From positions 800,001-864,000 of the forward strand of contig CAVVMW010000006.1 of assembly GCA_963749495.1 (NCBI GenBank): a stretch of DNA of 64,000 bases, read 5' to 3'. How positions within the stretch are numbered: position 1 is the stretch's first letter; the number at the start of each line of letters is the position of its first letter. Positions 11,142-20,639 of the stretch are shown here, piece after piece. Both the position numbers and the translations under genes were made by a program. The notes below the pieces were generated by a model, which made no database searches, was not told the DNA's origin, and saw only the letters and a program-made list of their open reading frames with translations. The DNA is from an uncultured bacterium. GTDB taxonomy: Bacteria; Verrucomicrobiota; Verrucomicrobiia; Limisphaerales; UBA8199.

Positions 11142-11981
11142 TCATGGCGGGTTGGGCTTCGTGGCGAGGCAGGACTGAAGACGTTTTAGGTCCGCGTTGT
11201 TATGCTGGACAACGGTGTTGATCTCCATGACCGTCATGGTGCGAGGGTCCCGCCAGGTCCAGTGTTCGACATGGCCGTCAGCGAAGGAAAAATCGCAGCC
11301 ACGATTGTGCCAGGTGGCCGGCAAATTCATCCACTCGTCGCCTTCCGGGGCAAGACCGTAACATCCGTCATCGATGCTGTTTTGGTGCTCGTCGAGAAAG
11401 ACAAACGCTCGCGCAGGTGGCGGCTGGGTGATGTCGGTCGTCTTGTAATTGACGTGGTATCCCTTTTGACCAAAGTACACCAGCCCGACGTCGACGCCGA
11501 ACTCACCCATGTAACAATTGATGGAGTAACTGCGCACGCGCAGATAGGTCACGCTGCCGATGACCGAACGGCCCAGATCGCTCGGACAGCGATAAATGGC
11601 GGTACTCGCATTGTAACGATACAGCAGGCCCTGGGCAATCAGGGCGGCGTTCGTGGACTCAGGATCATTGTCATTCATATAGCCCAGAATCCAATTTGTT
11701 GCCCCCGGATTGTCACTCACCCCGTTGGGGACCAAGAATTCTCTATTATCCAGCGGATACATCAGCCAGCAAAGCTGGAGTTGTTTTAGGTTGTTCAGGC
11801 AAGCCGTCTGCTGGGCCTTGGCCTTGGCCTTTGTTAGCGCGGGCAGCAGCATGGCTGCCAAGATGGCGATGATCGCGATGACGACGAGAAGTTCGATCAG
11901 GGTGAACGCTGGTCCACTGGTGAACCTGCTGTCAGGTCGAAAACTGCTGACCTGATCCAATCTCCGGCAAGGCCGTTTCAT
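11142..11981 (-). CDS. Prepilin-type N-terminal cleavage/methylation and H-X9-DG domain protein (DUF1559-like)
   Basis: [38 protein letters not shown] and [15 protein letters not shown]. Confidence 0.92.
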   Translation of the reverse strand: MKRPCRRLDQVSSFRPDSRFTSGPAFTLIELLVVIAIIAILAAMLLPALTKAKAKAQQTACLNNLKQLQLCWLMYPLDNREFLVPNGVSDNPGATNWILGYMNDNDPESTNAALIAQGLLYRYNASTAIYRCPSDLGRSVIGSVTYLRVRSYSINCYMGEFGVDVGLVYFGQKGYHVNYKTTDITQPPPARAFVFLDEHQNSIDDGCYGLAPEGDEWMNLPATWHNRGCDFSFADGHVEHWTWRDPRTMTVMEINTVVQHNNADLKRLQSCLATKPNPP

Positions 11982-12104
11982 AAAATCCTGTGTCAGCAAG
12001 ATTAGACGCCTCACGGGCGACGAAGTCAAGAGGAATGAACCGCAGAGAACCTGCCCTCCCGCCTCACCCAACCCCTCCCCCCAATCAGCTTCGCCCCTTC
12101 AAAC

Positions 12105-12122
12105 CGGTATAATCATCTGAAT
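12105..12122 (+). promoter_or_regulatory. Conserved 18-bp promoter element, copy 1 (contains TATAAT)
   Basis: CGGTATAATCATCTGAAT is identical to 14402-14419. Both copies precede paralogous genes. Confidence 0.7.
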
Positions 12123-12169
12123 TGCCTCGATCGAGGCGGGTTCGTTTTCCCCATCAACCGGCAGGGGGT

Positions 12170-12580
12170 ATGCCACGACCGAAGCACTGTTCTCCTGAGA
12201 TTCGCCGTTTTCTGGTTTCCGTCCTGCACCATGAGGCCAGGAAGAAGGGGAAGCCGATGACCGGCCTGGCGAATCAACTTCTCCAGGACGGTCTCAAGGG
12301 CACCGAGGGCTGGAGGAAGGCGGCGGAGTCTCTGAAGTCGCTTCGGCTCCAGGAGATCGAAACACCAGAACTGGACCCTGACACACCTCCCCCTGCACCT
12401 GCCTCTTCTCCTGCGGCTGTCAAAGGTCGTGGGAGGAGATGTGGGTGTGGGAGTTGTGAAGAGACCGGTCACCTCGTGCTTAGCTTTCAGAAAAGGCCAT
12501 TCTGTCCACGATACCTGTGGAACCTGAACAACGCCTACAACCTCTCCGTAGAGAACCCCGAAACAATCCCAGACTGCTGA
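12170..12580 (+). CDS. Small RHH-like DNA-binding protein, paralog of 14460-14666 (true end probably near 12381)
   Basis: KHCSPEIRRFLVSVLHHEARKKGKPMTGLANQLLQDGLKGTEGWRKA aligns with the 14460 protein. The rest of the ORF runs through a hairpin. Confidence 0.6.
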   Translation: MPRPKHCSPEIRRFLVSVLHHEARKKGKPMTGLANQLLQDGLKGTEGWRKAAESLKSLRLQEIETPELDPDTPPPAPASSPAAVKGRGRRCGCGSCEETGHLVLSFQKRPFCPRYLWNLNNAYNLSVENPETIPDC

Positions 12581-12583
12581 AGC

Positions 12584-13789
12584 TCACGGCGGGCTAAGCC
12601 GGTAGAGACGGACGGGATAATTAGCCGCATCTGGATCGCTGAAATCGGAATGACCATTGGTCAGGATAAGGGTTTGGATTGGAGACCAGATGGGGTTGGC
12701 TAGATTCGTGCAGGCCACCACAACGACCGAAATGTCCGCGGCGCCGGTGACGGTGAACCCAAATCGATTGCTCTGCACACCGAAGCTCGTATTGAGGACT
12801 TGTATTTGCGGATTCCAAAGCACCGTCGGATGATCGTTAAACGTCGTACCCCAGCCCGTGCTGCAGGGCGAGTAATAGCCCATTGCGCTGCTGGCGCCCA
12901 AGAACACATTCTGACCAAGGACGGGGGCGTTTCCGTAAAAATAGACTCCCGTCAGGCTGGAGCAGTACCAAAATGCATAGTCCCCGATGTTGGTGACGCC
13001 GCTTCCTATCGTGACGTTGCTCAGGTTGGTGCAACCATAGAATGCCCACCCTCCAATGCTGGTGACGCTGTTAGGGATCGTGATGCTGGCCAGACTGAGG
13101 CAGCTCCCGAATGGCTCAACTCCAATGGTGGTGATGCTGTTAGGGATCATTATGTCGGTCAGCTTGGAGCAGAACTCGAACGTATAGTCGCCGATGGTGG
13201 TGACGTTTCGTCCTAGGGCGACGCTGGTCAGGTTACTGCAGCCCCAGAACGCATTGGTTCCGATGCTGGTGACACTGTTAGGAATTGTGACCGTGCGTAG
13301 AGTCGTGCAGCTTTCAAACGCCTCGTCCGCTATACTGGTCACGCTGTTGGGGATCGTGACGCCGGTCAGGCGAGTGGCATAGAACGCGCAATACCCGATG
13401 TTGGTGACACTGTTGGGGATCGTGACGTTGGTCAGGCTGGTGCAACCAAAGAACATGCTAAGCCCGATGCTCGTGACCCCGTTGCCTATAGTGGCACTCT
13501 TCAGGTTTACGCACGCCTCGAACGCCCCGTCTCCGATCGTGGTAACGCTGTCGGGGATTGTGACGCTGATGAGGTTCGTGCAGTAGCCAAATGCCAACCT
13601 CCCAATGCTGGTGACCGGCATGTCATGAATCATGTCAGGGATAATCACCACGCCTCCCGAACCGGTGTATCCTGTGATTGCTGTCGTGCCCTGGTTGATC
13701 GTGTAACTAAATTGGGCTTGTGCCGCGACAGGTGCCGCCAACAACAGCAAGAGCAGCAGCCTTGCGGCCCAGCCAGTTCTCAAACGCAT
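12584..13789 (-). CDS. BspA-type leucine-rich repeat (LRR_5) secreted protein
   Basis: Signal peptide, repeated LTxVTIPNSVTxIGxxAFxxC, C-terminal RLYRL domain. Confidence 0.92.
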   Translation of the reverse strand: MRLRTGWAARLLLLLLLAAPVAAQAQFSYTINQGTTAITGYTGSGGVVIIPDMIHDMPVTSIGRLAFGYCTNLISVTIPDSVTTIGDGAFEACVNLKSATIGNGVTSIGLSMFFGCTSLTNVTIPNSVTNIGYCAFYATRLTGVTIPNSVTSIADEAFESCTTLRTVTIPNSVTSIGTNAFWGCSNLTSVALGRNVTTIGDYTFEFCSKLTDIMIPNSITTIGVEPFGSCLSLASITIPNSVTSIGGWAFYGCTNLSNVTIGSGVTNIGDYAFWYCSSLTGVYFYGNAPVLGQNVFLGASSAMGYYSPCSTGWGTTFNDHPTVLWNPQIQVLNTSFGVQSNRFGFTVTGAADISVVVVACTNLANPIWSPIQTLILTNGHSDFSDPDAANYPVRLYRLSPP

Positions 13790-14065
13790 GGCCGTCGTCT
13801 TCGTGCAGCCTGGTCTCGCAAGGCTTCTTTTCGTAGTGGTAACGGCCATGCGAAAGGGCCGTTCAGCCAGGAGAAGCCCAGGAATTGCCGATAACCACGA
13901 GATGATCGTTTTCATGCCAACATCTTCGGCCTCCGGCAAGTCAACCCACTTCATGCGGGCCAGGCTGCCGAAAACTGAATCCATCTGGTGTTTTATGCCG
14001 TTTGCCGGAACTCGTCAACGAAAAACATTCCGCATAAGGAATGCCAAATCGTTCAACCTCTCCCC

Positions 14066-14278
14066 ATGCGGCAGACGTTGGACCATCAACTTGCGATTTT
14101 TCTCCGCAAAAGACGGGGAGAAACCCCCTATTCTGCTTTCGCCAGAAAGCTCGGAATCACGCCGTCGAGCCTGTTCCGTCTTGAAAATGGACAGCAGAGC
14201 ATCACCCTCAAGACGCTCCAGCAAATCATGGACCGGCTGAAGTGCTCCTTGTCCGACATGTTCCCGCCTCAGCAATGA
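14066..14278 (+). CDS. XRE-family HTH regulator
   Basis: LRKRRGETPYSAFARKLGITPSSLFRLENGQQSITLKTL. Confidence 0.85.
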   Translation: MRQTLDHQLAIFLRKRRGETPYSAFARKLGITPSSLFRLENGQQSITLKTLQQIMDRLKCSLSDMFPPQQ

Positions 14279-14401
14279 CGGCTGACAGTTGCTGCTGATG
14301 GGGGTTGTCGGGTTGGCAGGTTCGGCCGCCAAGATTTCACCAAGGGCCCCCTGCCTCACCCTCGGTTTCTGATCCCCCTCTGCGAGTTTGAGCCGTCGAA
14401 G

Positions 14402-14419
14402 CGGTATAATCATCTGAAT
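14402..14419 (+). promoter_or_regulatory. Conserved 18-bp promoter element, copy 2
   Basis: CGGTATAATCATCTGAAT, about 40 bp upstream of the 14460 ATG, followed by SD GGAGG. Confidence 0.7.
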
Positions 14420-14459
14420 CCATCCCAAGGATCGATTCAAAGATCAAGCCGGAGGACAC

Positions 14460-14666
14460 ATGCCCCAAAAGCACTACACCCCACCCCTGTGCCGTTTCAT
14501 CGTCAGCGCCTTGTACCACGAAGCCAAGGCCCGGAAGATCCCCATGACCCGACTCGCCAATGAACTTGTCGAGGCCGGGTTGAAGGATTCGCCGGGCTGG
14601 AAGCAGGCTCAGGTGCAGGAGGCGATGCGGATGGGGGAGGGGGTAACGGAGTACCGAACGAAGTAA
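14460..14666 (+). CDS. Small RHH-like DNA-binding protein
   Basis: SD GGAGG; paralog at 12170; LYHEAKARKIPMTRLANELVEAGL helix pair. Confidence 0.7.
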   Translation: MPQKHYTPPLCRFIVSALYHEAKARKIPMTRLANELVEAGLKDSPGWKQAQVQEAMRMGEGVTEYRTK

Positions 14667-14692
14667 ACCGCGACATCAACCACAACCACCGC

Positions 14693-14720
14693 AGGCCCAG
14701 TTCTTTCGAGGACTGGGCCT
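14693..14720 (+). terminator. Hairpin A of intergenic family
   Basis: AGGCCCAGTTCT-TTCG-AGGACTGGGCCT followed by a T-rich tract. Confidence 0.6.
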
Positions 14721-14772
14721 TTCGATTTTCCTCTTTTCATCATCAAAACCCAAAAGAAAGGACAAAAACCAC

Positions 14773-15270
14773 ATGATCACACTCGAATGCAATTATTCCA
14801 AAAAGCTCGGGCTGCCGGGCTATTCCTCCCACCAGTTCAGCATCACCCTCAAGACGGAAATCGCTGACCTGGCGCAAGTACAGGCCGAAAGCGCCAGGCT
14901 CTACAAGCTGCTCCAGGAGGGCGTCGACACCAGCATCAAGGAGACCGGGTATCTGCCCGCCAATGCGAACGGCAGAGGCAACGGTCAGGGTCAGGGCAGC
15001 GGCAATGCTCAAAACCAGGCCGGCGAGAATGGAGCCTGGAACTGCTCCCTCAAACAACAAAACCTCATCCAGAAGATCGTCGGCGAGAACAACCTGAACA
15101 AGAACGAGGTCGAGGCATTGGCCCAGGAGCGGTTCGGCAAAGGGGTCAAGGCCCTCAACAAGCTCGAAGCGTCCGGGCTCATCGAAGAACTGCTCGAGAA
15201 AACCGGCCAGAACAAGGGACAGGGGCGCGGCAGGTTCCAAAGCCGTTTCCAGAGGGCAGGTGGAAGATGA
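14773..15270 (+). CDS. Hypothetical protein coupled to PD-(D/E)XK nuclease
   Basis: SD AGAAAGGA; ATGA overlap with the next gene; two domains joined by a G/N/Q linker. Confidence 0.75.
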   Translation: MITLECNYSKKLGLPGYSSHQFSITLKTEIADLAQVQAESARLYKLLQEGVDTSIKETGYLPANANGRGNGQGQGSGNAQNQAGENGAWNCSLKQQNLIQKIVGENNLNKNEVEALAQERFGKGVKALNKLEASGLIEELLEKTGQNKGQGRGRFQSRFQRAGGR

Positions 15271-16091
15271 TCGCTGCCCCTGAAGCTGCTGCCGCCCTTC
15301 AATCCTCCTCCCGATCCATAGAAGCGCAGATCCAGATGCTCCAGAAAACGGTTTCTGCATCTCGGCTCACGACTTGGCTGTCCTGCCGGCTCAAGTTCTT
15401 CTTCCGGCACGTTCAAAGGATTCCAAAGCCCAAGACACCTTCCCTGCACGTCGGTTCGGTTGTGCATGTGGTGTTGCAGGCGTGGAATATGGCGCGGTGG
15501 AGGAGACAGCCCTTTGAGATCGCACGGTTCAAAAAGCTGTTCGACGAGGGGTGGGCAGATCAACCGGGCAAGATCAACTGGCAGGACGAGGAACCGGCCC
15601 AGAAGAACACAGCCTGGTCACTGCTGGAGACGTACTTCGCCGAGACGCCCATAAAGGCAAACGAAATGCCGGAGGCCGTGGAAGTGCCAGTGGAAGCGGA
15701 TCTGTCGAGATATGGCCTGCCGACGTTGCGTGGAGTGCTGGACCTGGTGCGAGCCGGAGGTCGGATCGTGGACTTCAAAACCACTGCCAAGAGCCCGAGC
15801 GCACGAGACGTTATCCACCAGCACGAGACTCAATTGTCGTGTTATTCGGTCCTGTACAGGGAGGCCACAGGGCACAGGGAATCGGCAAGGGAGTCGCATC
15901 ACCTGGTCAAAACGAAAGTGCCCAAGCTCGTCATCACCTCGTTGGAGCCAATGAACGAAACCCAGCAAGTTCGGTTGTTTCGGATCATGAATTCGTATGT
16001 CGAGGGGTTGGCCAGGGAGGACTTCGTTCCATCTCCAGGTCTCCAGTGCGCCGGTTGTCAGTTTTTCAACGAGTGCAGGCTCTGGGCTTGA
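15267..16091 (+). CDS. PD-(D/E)XK RecB/Cas4-like exonuclease
   Basis: VSASRL..SCRLKF, GSVVH, EAVEV, GVLDLV..IVDFKT, QLSCY, C-terminal CAGCQFFNEC. Confidence 0.88.
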   Translation: MIAAPEAAAALQSSSRSIEAQIQMLQKTVSASRLTTWLSCRLKFFFRHVQRIPKPKTPSLHVGSVVHVVLQAWNMARWRRQPFEIARFKKLFDEGWADQPGKINWQDEEPAQKNTAWSLLETYFAETPIKANEMPEAVEVPVEADLSRYGLPTLRGVLDLVRAGGRIVDFKTTAKSPSARDVIHQHETQLSCYSVLYREATGHRESARESHHLVKTKVPKLVITSLEPMNETQQVRLFRIMNSYVEGLAREDFVPSPGLQCAGCQFFNECRLWA

Positions 16092-16103
16092 GGAGGAACC
16101 ACC

Positions 16104-16664
16104 ATGCCGAACCTAACCCCGCAACTCAAACACACCGGCCTGAACGAGAAGCTGGAAATCTACCGGGTCACGAGCGCCAGGTGTCACGAATGGCATGGGG
16201 ACCGAGATGGGCAGGGCGGTTCTTGCCTGTACTGGTCCCTGACATTGATGGGCGTGCTGCTGGAACGTGGGTATCGCGCCCTGATTCAAGCCGGCGGCAT
16301 GTCCTGGCCAATTCTGCCGCCAGGAGAAGACGACGGTAAGAGTCCGACGCACTTCAGCTACGAGTGGTCCCCATGGCGAGAGGAAAGCCAGGCCGCCCTG
16401 AAATTGGGATTGCTGCCGGAGATTCACGTCTGGGTCGGCCTGCCTGATTCAAACGAGTTGCTGGACTTCTCCACGAAGTACCTGCCCCAACAAGCCGCCA
16501 AGGAAGGTCTGGTGTGGCGAACAAAGCCTCCACCAGACTTCCTTTGGTGCGGCCCTTCTGAACTGCCCGATGGCGTCATGTACAAACCAGACCTCGGCGC
16601 CATCGGGTTCATCCTTGACCGAATCAGCAGAACCAAAATGGAGGTGACATCATGGTCTGGATGA
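16104..16664 (+). CDS. Hypothetical protein
   Basis: SD GAGGAGG; operonic spacing; CLYW...HVWV...LDFS pattern. Confidence 0.65.
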   Translation: MPNLTPQLKHTGLNEKLEIYRVTSARCHEWHGDRDGQGGSCLYWSLTLMGVLLERGYRALIQAGGMSWPILPPGEDDGKSPTHFSYEWSPWREESQAALKLGLLPEIHVWVGLPDSNELLDFSTKYLPQQAAKEGLVWRTKPPPDFLWCGPSELPDGVMYKPDLGAIGFILDRISRTKMEVTSWSG

Positions 16665-16852
16665 GCTGGCGGCCGGAAATCCCTGACCCGGAGACATTCT
16701 GGGAGGAGTTCGACCGGCGCATGGATGAGCAGAAAGACGAGGCCATTCTCAGAAGATGCGGATTGCGTGAAAGACCATCCCCGCCACCAAACCTCAACGT
16801 AACGAGAAGAACAAAGAAAGGAGATCCCAATGTCAAACTGGTGTACCAATAG
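16661..16852 (+). CDS. Small hypothetical protein
   Basis: ATGA overlap with the upstream stop. Confidence 0.4.
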   Translation: MSWRPEIPDPETFWEEFDRRMDEQKDEAILRRCGLRERPSPPPNLNVTRRTKKGDPNVKLVYQ

Positions 16853-17279
16853 ACTCACGATTAGAGGGCCAGAGGCGGAAGTCCTGGCCTTCAAAGACAA
16901 AGCGGTAGGACATTCGCCTTGGAGCAGACCGGAGGAACTGGTCAACGTCGAGCCGAACGTGCTCAACTTCCACAACTTGGTGCCCATCCCTGACGAAGTT
17001 CTGGCGGCCGGTTATGAGGCTGCCGGATATGATTGGGAGAAGGAGCACTGGGGTTGCAAGTGGGGAGCAAACGATACTCGGATTGTTGATGAGTGGGAAG
17101 GCGTGGTCATGTACGAATTCAACACGGCTTGGTCTCCACCCTCTAAGTTCCTGGAGGCTGTGGCGAAGAAATGGCCAAACCTCCTTTGCATCCTGGAGTA
17201 CGAGGAACTTGGTTGTGCCTTCAAGGGCCTGGCCAAATTCCAGGGCGAGCATCACGAGGACCACTGCATCAGCCTGTAA
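16830..17279 (+). CDS. DUF1281/YubB ferredoxin-like domain protein
   Basis: MSNWCTNRLTI, WGCKW, FNTAWSPP motifs; SD AAAGGAG. Confidence 0.8.
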   Translation: MSNWCTNRLTIRGPEAEVLAFKDKAVGHSPWSRPEELVNVEPNVLNFHNLVPIPDEVLAAGYEAAGYDWEKEHWGCKWGANDTRIVDEWEGVVMYEFNTAWSPPSKFLEAVAKKWPNLLCILEYEELGCAFKGLAKFQGEHHEDHCISL

Positions 17280-17298
17280 CGAAACCACATCAACCACG

Positions 17299-17330
17299 AG
17301 AGCCGGATTCCTTCAACAGGGTCCGGCTCT
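17299..17330 (+). terminator. Hairpin B of intergenic family
   Basis: AGAGCCGGATTC-CTTCAACA-GGGTCCGGCTCT followed by a T/C tract. Confidence 0.65.
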
Positions 17331-17360
17331 TCACTTTTCACACTTCAAACAGAAAGAATA

Positions 17361-18029
17361 ATGAAAACAGAGAATCAACATCCGTACCCGTTCACGATGG
17401 AGCAGTTGAAGGCCCTGACACCCGAACAGCGCCAGGCCATTGAGGCTGTGGCGGAATATCTCTCGGAAGCCAGCATATCGACAGACGACTTGACCGACGA
17501 GGAAATCAGTGACATCTTCAACCTGCTCAGATCCTGCGAAGGTTGTGTCCCGAGTGAGGAGGCCGGCGAAGACCTGCTCAACTCCATCCGCAAGAAGTTC
17601 GGCGCAGTGTACCAGGTAGGGATGGAACTGGCCGAAGTCGAGTTGAAAGAGAAGAAAATCACGGACTTCAACTTCTGCTACGTCATCGACCCCAGCTACG
17701 AGGACGCCACACACATCGCCATCGTGGACTATGACAAGCCGATCTGTTACCTGCACGAGCACATCAAGGCCTGGCATCTCAGCTTCGCCACTCTCTCCGA
17801 ACTGGCCGAAGCGGTCTTGAAGGTGAAGAAGGGCCTGGTGGAGAAGGTGGTCGAATTCATCTGCAAGGAGATCTTCGTGATCATGGACGGTGGGCTGGTC
17901 CATGAAATAGTGAACCTGCCTCCGAACATCAACGTCACGGTCCTGGATTACGATACCGAGGGCGTGGAGAAGGAGAGGTTGGAGATCAGTCCCGTGGATG
18001 GCCAGTTGTGCGTGATCAACAGGTGGTAA
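17361..18029 (+). CDS. Acidic hypothetical protein
   Basis: Long ORF with coding-like composition in a co-directional run. Confidence 0.65.
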   Translation: MKTENQHPYPFTMEQLKALTPEQRQAIEAVAEYLSEASISTDDLTDEEISDIFNLLRSCEGCVPSEEAGEDLLNSIRKKFGAVYQVGMELAEVELKEKKITDFNFCYVIDPSYEDATHIAIVDYDKPICYLHEHIKAWHLSFATLSELAEAVLKVKKGLVEKVVEFICKEIFVIMDGGLVHEIVNLPPNINVTVLDYDTEGVEKERLEISPVDGQLCVINRW

Positions 18030-18035
18030 ACGCTT

Positions 18036-18395
18036 ATGCATCAATTCATCATCGAAGCAATGGTCAAGGCGCTGAAACCGACCTTGAAGAGCCCCAGGAG
18101 AGCGGAAGAAATCCTCGAGAAGTTCTGGGCCGACAAAATGGCTCTGGTCTGGGACGTTCAGGATGTTCACACGGCTGCCAACGAAAGGGAGGTGGCGCTG
18201 ACGAACCTGGAAGCCGTCAAGGTCCTCGAGGAACTGCATCATCACCACAACAAGCAGTACGGCATCAGATGGGAGGACCTGACCGCCTACATCGAGGAAT
18301 ACGCTCTGGGCCGGAAGTTGACCAAGGCAGAACTGAAGCGGTTCGTGGAGAAGAACATCCTCACCATCGACCGCAAGGACAGAAAGCGCCGATAA
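18036..18395 (+). CDS. Hypothetical protein
   Basis: 6 bp after the previous stop; W.DKMALVWDVQDVH motif. Confidence 0.65.
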   Translation: MHQFIIEAMVKALKPTLKSPRRAEEILEKFWADKMALVWDVQDVHTAANEREVALTNLEAVKVLEELHHHHNKQYGIRWEDLTAYIEEYALGRKLTKAELKRFVEKNILTIDRKDRKRR

Positions 18396-18424
18396 CCCCC
18401 ATCAACATCAACCCCCAACTACTT

Positions 18425-18461
18425 GCGGGCCGGATTCAGTGCAAACCTGGGTCCGGCTCGT
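18425..18461 (+). terminator. Hairpin C of intergenic family
   Basis: GCGGGCCGGATTCAG-TGCAAAC-CTGGGTCCGGCTCGT followed by a T tract. Confidence 0.65.
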
Positions 18462-18477
18462 TTCATCTTTCACTTCC

Positions 18478-18957
18478 ATGGAGAACAACGAACCCAAGAA
18501 AGCGCCGTCAAACACACCTCACGAATTCAAGGTCATGCGGGTCAGAGAATGCCCGTTTCCCCCAGAGTTAATCGACACTCCAGAACGTGCGGCCGAGTAT
18601 TGGAAGCAGAACATCACCAAGGCGGACTGGTATGACGAGAGCAAAGAGGCCGTGGTGGTCTTGATTCTCAACACCCGGCGCAGGATCATCGGCCACAATC
18701 TGGTCACGCTCGGCAATCTGGACTCCTGCTCCGTTCATGCCCGCGAGGTCTTCCGGCCAGTCATCGTGGCAGCCGGAAGCGCCTGCATTCTGATGCACTG
18801 CCACCCCTCAGGAGACAGCACCCCAAGCGAAGGCGACATCAAGGTGACCCGTGAGCTGATTCGAGCCGGTCAACTGCTGAAAATCGAAATCCTCGACCAT
18901 GTAATTGTTGGCACGGCATTCCATTCGTTACGGGAGTTGGGCCACTTCACCGGATGA
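18478..18957 (+). CDS. radC: RadC-like JAB domain protein
   Basis: KEAVVVLILNTRRRIIG..G..VHAREVFR..HCHPSGD.TPS..D..ILDHVIVG. Confidence 0.9.
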   Translation: MENNEPKKAPSNTPHEFKVMRVRECPFPPELIDTPERAAEYWKQNITKADWYDESKEAVVVLILNTRRRIIGHNLVTLGNLDSCSVHAREVFRPVIVAAGSACILMHCHPSGDSTPSEGDIKVTRELIRAGQLLKIEILDHVIVGTAFHSLRELGHFTG

Positions 18958-18993
18958 CCAAAAATGACCGTCGACACGGAGCCCAACAACAAC

Positions 18994-19027
18994 GCGAGCC
19001 AGATTCATTCACGTGGGTCCGGCTCGC
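18994..19027 (+). terminator. Hairpin D of intergenic family
   Basis: GCGAGCCAGATTCAT-TCAC-GTGGGTCCGGCTCGC followed by CTTTTTT. Confidence 0.65.
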
Positions 19028-19277
19028 CTTTTTTCCCTGTCTTCAACTCGTTTTCTCGTTTCCTGAGTGCTTGAAAGAACATGTCCGGTATCAGCTTTTC
19101 GAAGGGGAGCAACCGGTACTTGGGAACATGCCGCAAAAGGCGTGTCTTGTACTCGGCCTTGACCACGCTGAGCAGTTCCAGTTCTGAGGTCCACTCCTTG
19201 GGGATGGCAAGCTCCTTCTCCCCGATCTTCCTGAAGAAATCGTTCATCTCCTCGACCAATTTCTCTGTGTGCGTCAT
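19005..19277 (-). CDS. Small antisense hypothetical protein
   Basis: 90-aa helical charged ORF that ends inside hairpin D. Confidence 0.45.
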   Translation of the reverse strand: MTHTEKLVEEMNDFFRKIGEKELAIPKEWTSELELLSVVKAEYKTRLLRHVPKYRLLPFEKLIPDMFFQALRKRENELKTGKKGEPDPRE

Positions 19278-19371
19278 GCGTTTCGGCAGTCAACCATACC
19301 CCGAAGGCACACCGAGTCAATCCACGATTCCACTTCCACCATCATCAACCAAGAAAGGAAACATCAGCAAC

Positions 19372-20470
19372 ATGAATGCAACGATTAGCAAACCACAAAC
19401 GGAGCGCATCACCCTGTACTACCGCGAGGGTTCAAGCGACAAGGTGTATCAGGCCGCCATTGAACCCGAGGGCGAATTGTTCGTCGTCAACTTCGCCTTC
19501 GGCCGCCGCGGTTCCACCCTGAACACCGGCACGAAAACACCAGAGCCAGTGGATTTCGAGACGGCCAAGAGGATCTACGACAAGCTGATCCGGGAAAAGA
19601 AGGCCAAGGGCTACACCGAGGGGCCGGAAGGAACCCCGTACCAGCACACGGCAAAGGAGGATCGCGTCACCGGCCTCTTGCCTCAATTGCTCAACCCGAT
19701 TGACGAGGATGAAGCCAAACGCCTGCTCAAAGACGACCACTGGGCGATGCAGGAGAAGTTTGACGGTCGGCGTATGCTGGTCCGGAAGAACCAGGCAGAG
19801 GTCCACGGCATCAACCGCAAGGGCCTGCTCGTTGGCCTGCCCGAAACGGTGTTCGGGTCGGTCAGGAGCATCTCCGGGAGCTTCGTCCTCGATGGCGAAT
19901 GCGTGGGCGACCTGTTCTTCGCCTTCGACCTGCTGGAATGGGACGGCGAGGATCTCCGGCCTCTGCAATATCAGCGCCGGTTGATCAAGGTCTCCAATCT
20001 CCTCAACCGCCGAGGTTTGCACTACATCCGCCTGGCTGAAACGGCTACGGACCCGGCCAACAAGGAGAGGCTGTTTCGGCACCTTCGGTCAGAGAGGAAG
20101 GAGGGCGTGGTCTTCAAGCGCCTGGATGCCCCCTACACTCCTGGCCAGCCCGAACAGCGGCGGTCCCCAGCTCAAGCACAAGTTCTACGCCACCTGCTCT
20201 GCGGTCGTGGCCACCATTAACGAGAAGCGGAGCGTCGAACTCCGTCTGCTCAATGGTCAGGGCTGGAACCCTGTTGGCAACGTCACCATTCCGGTCAACT
20301 CCCAGGTGCCGGCAGTGGGCCAGATCGTCGAAATTCGCTACCTCTACGCCTTCAAGGAGAGCAACGCCCTGTACCAGCCCGTCTACCTGGGCCTTCGGAA
20401 GGACGTTGAAATCCATGAATGCGTCCTCTCCCAGCTCAAGTACAAGGCTGGGGAAACCAAGGAAGCCTGA
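19372..20470 (+). CDS. WGR domain fused to minimal ATP-dependent DNA ligase (frameshift near 20145)
   Basis: SSDKVY..FGRRG (WGR); EKFDG (motif I), LDGE, FDLL, EGVVFK. KHK and the OB domain (EIRYLYA..LYQPVYLGLR) lie in the shifted frame. Confidence 0.88.
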
Positions 20471-20639
20471 AAACCGAACCAAATTGGTGCGGTTTTGACC
20501 TCTGAACCAGAAAAAGCGTGCCAATTGGCACCATTTCCAGCCAGCCATGCCCCTAAAAGTGTGGCTGGCCTCTTGGGTTTCATCGCGGATCCGAGGAGAA
20601 TTGGGTACGGTGGGGGAAGCTGATCAGGCCCCATTCGTC

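Noticed and set aside
15267..16091. Cas4 / CRISPR locus
   Set aside because: No cas1/cas2 and no repeat-spacer array in the window; treated as a solo PD-(D/E)XK nuclease.
20470..20531. Palindromes AAAACCG..CGGTTTT and GTGCCAATTGGCAC as operator or att site
   Set aside because: Single occurrence between convergent genes; more likely terminator-like or chance.
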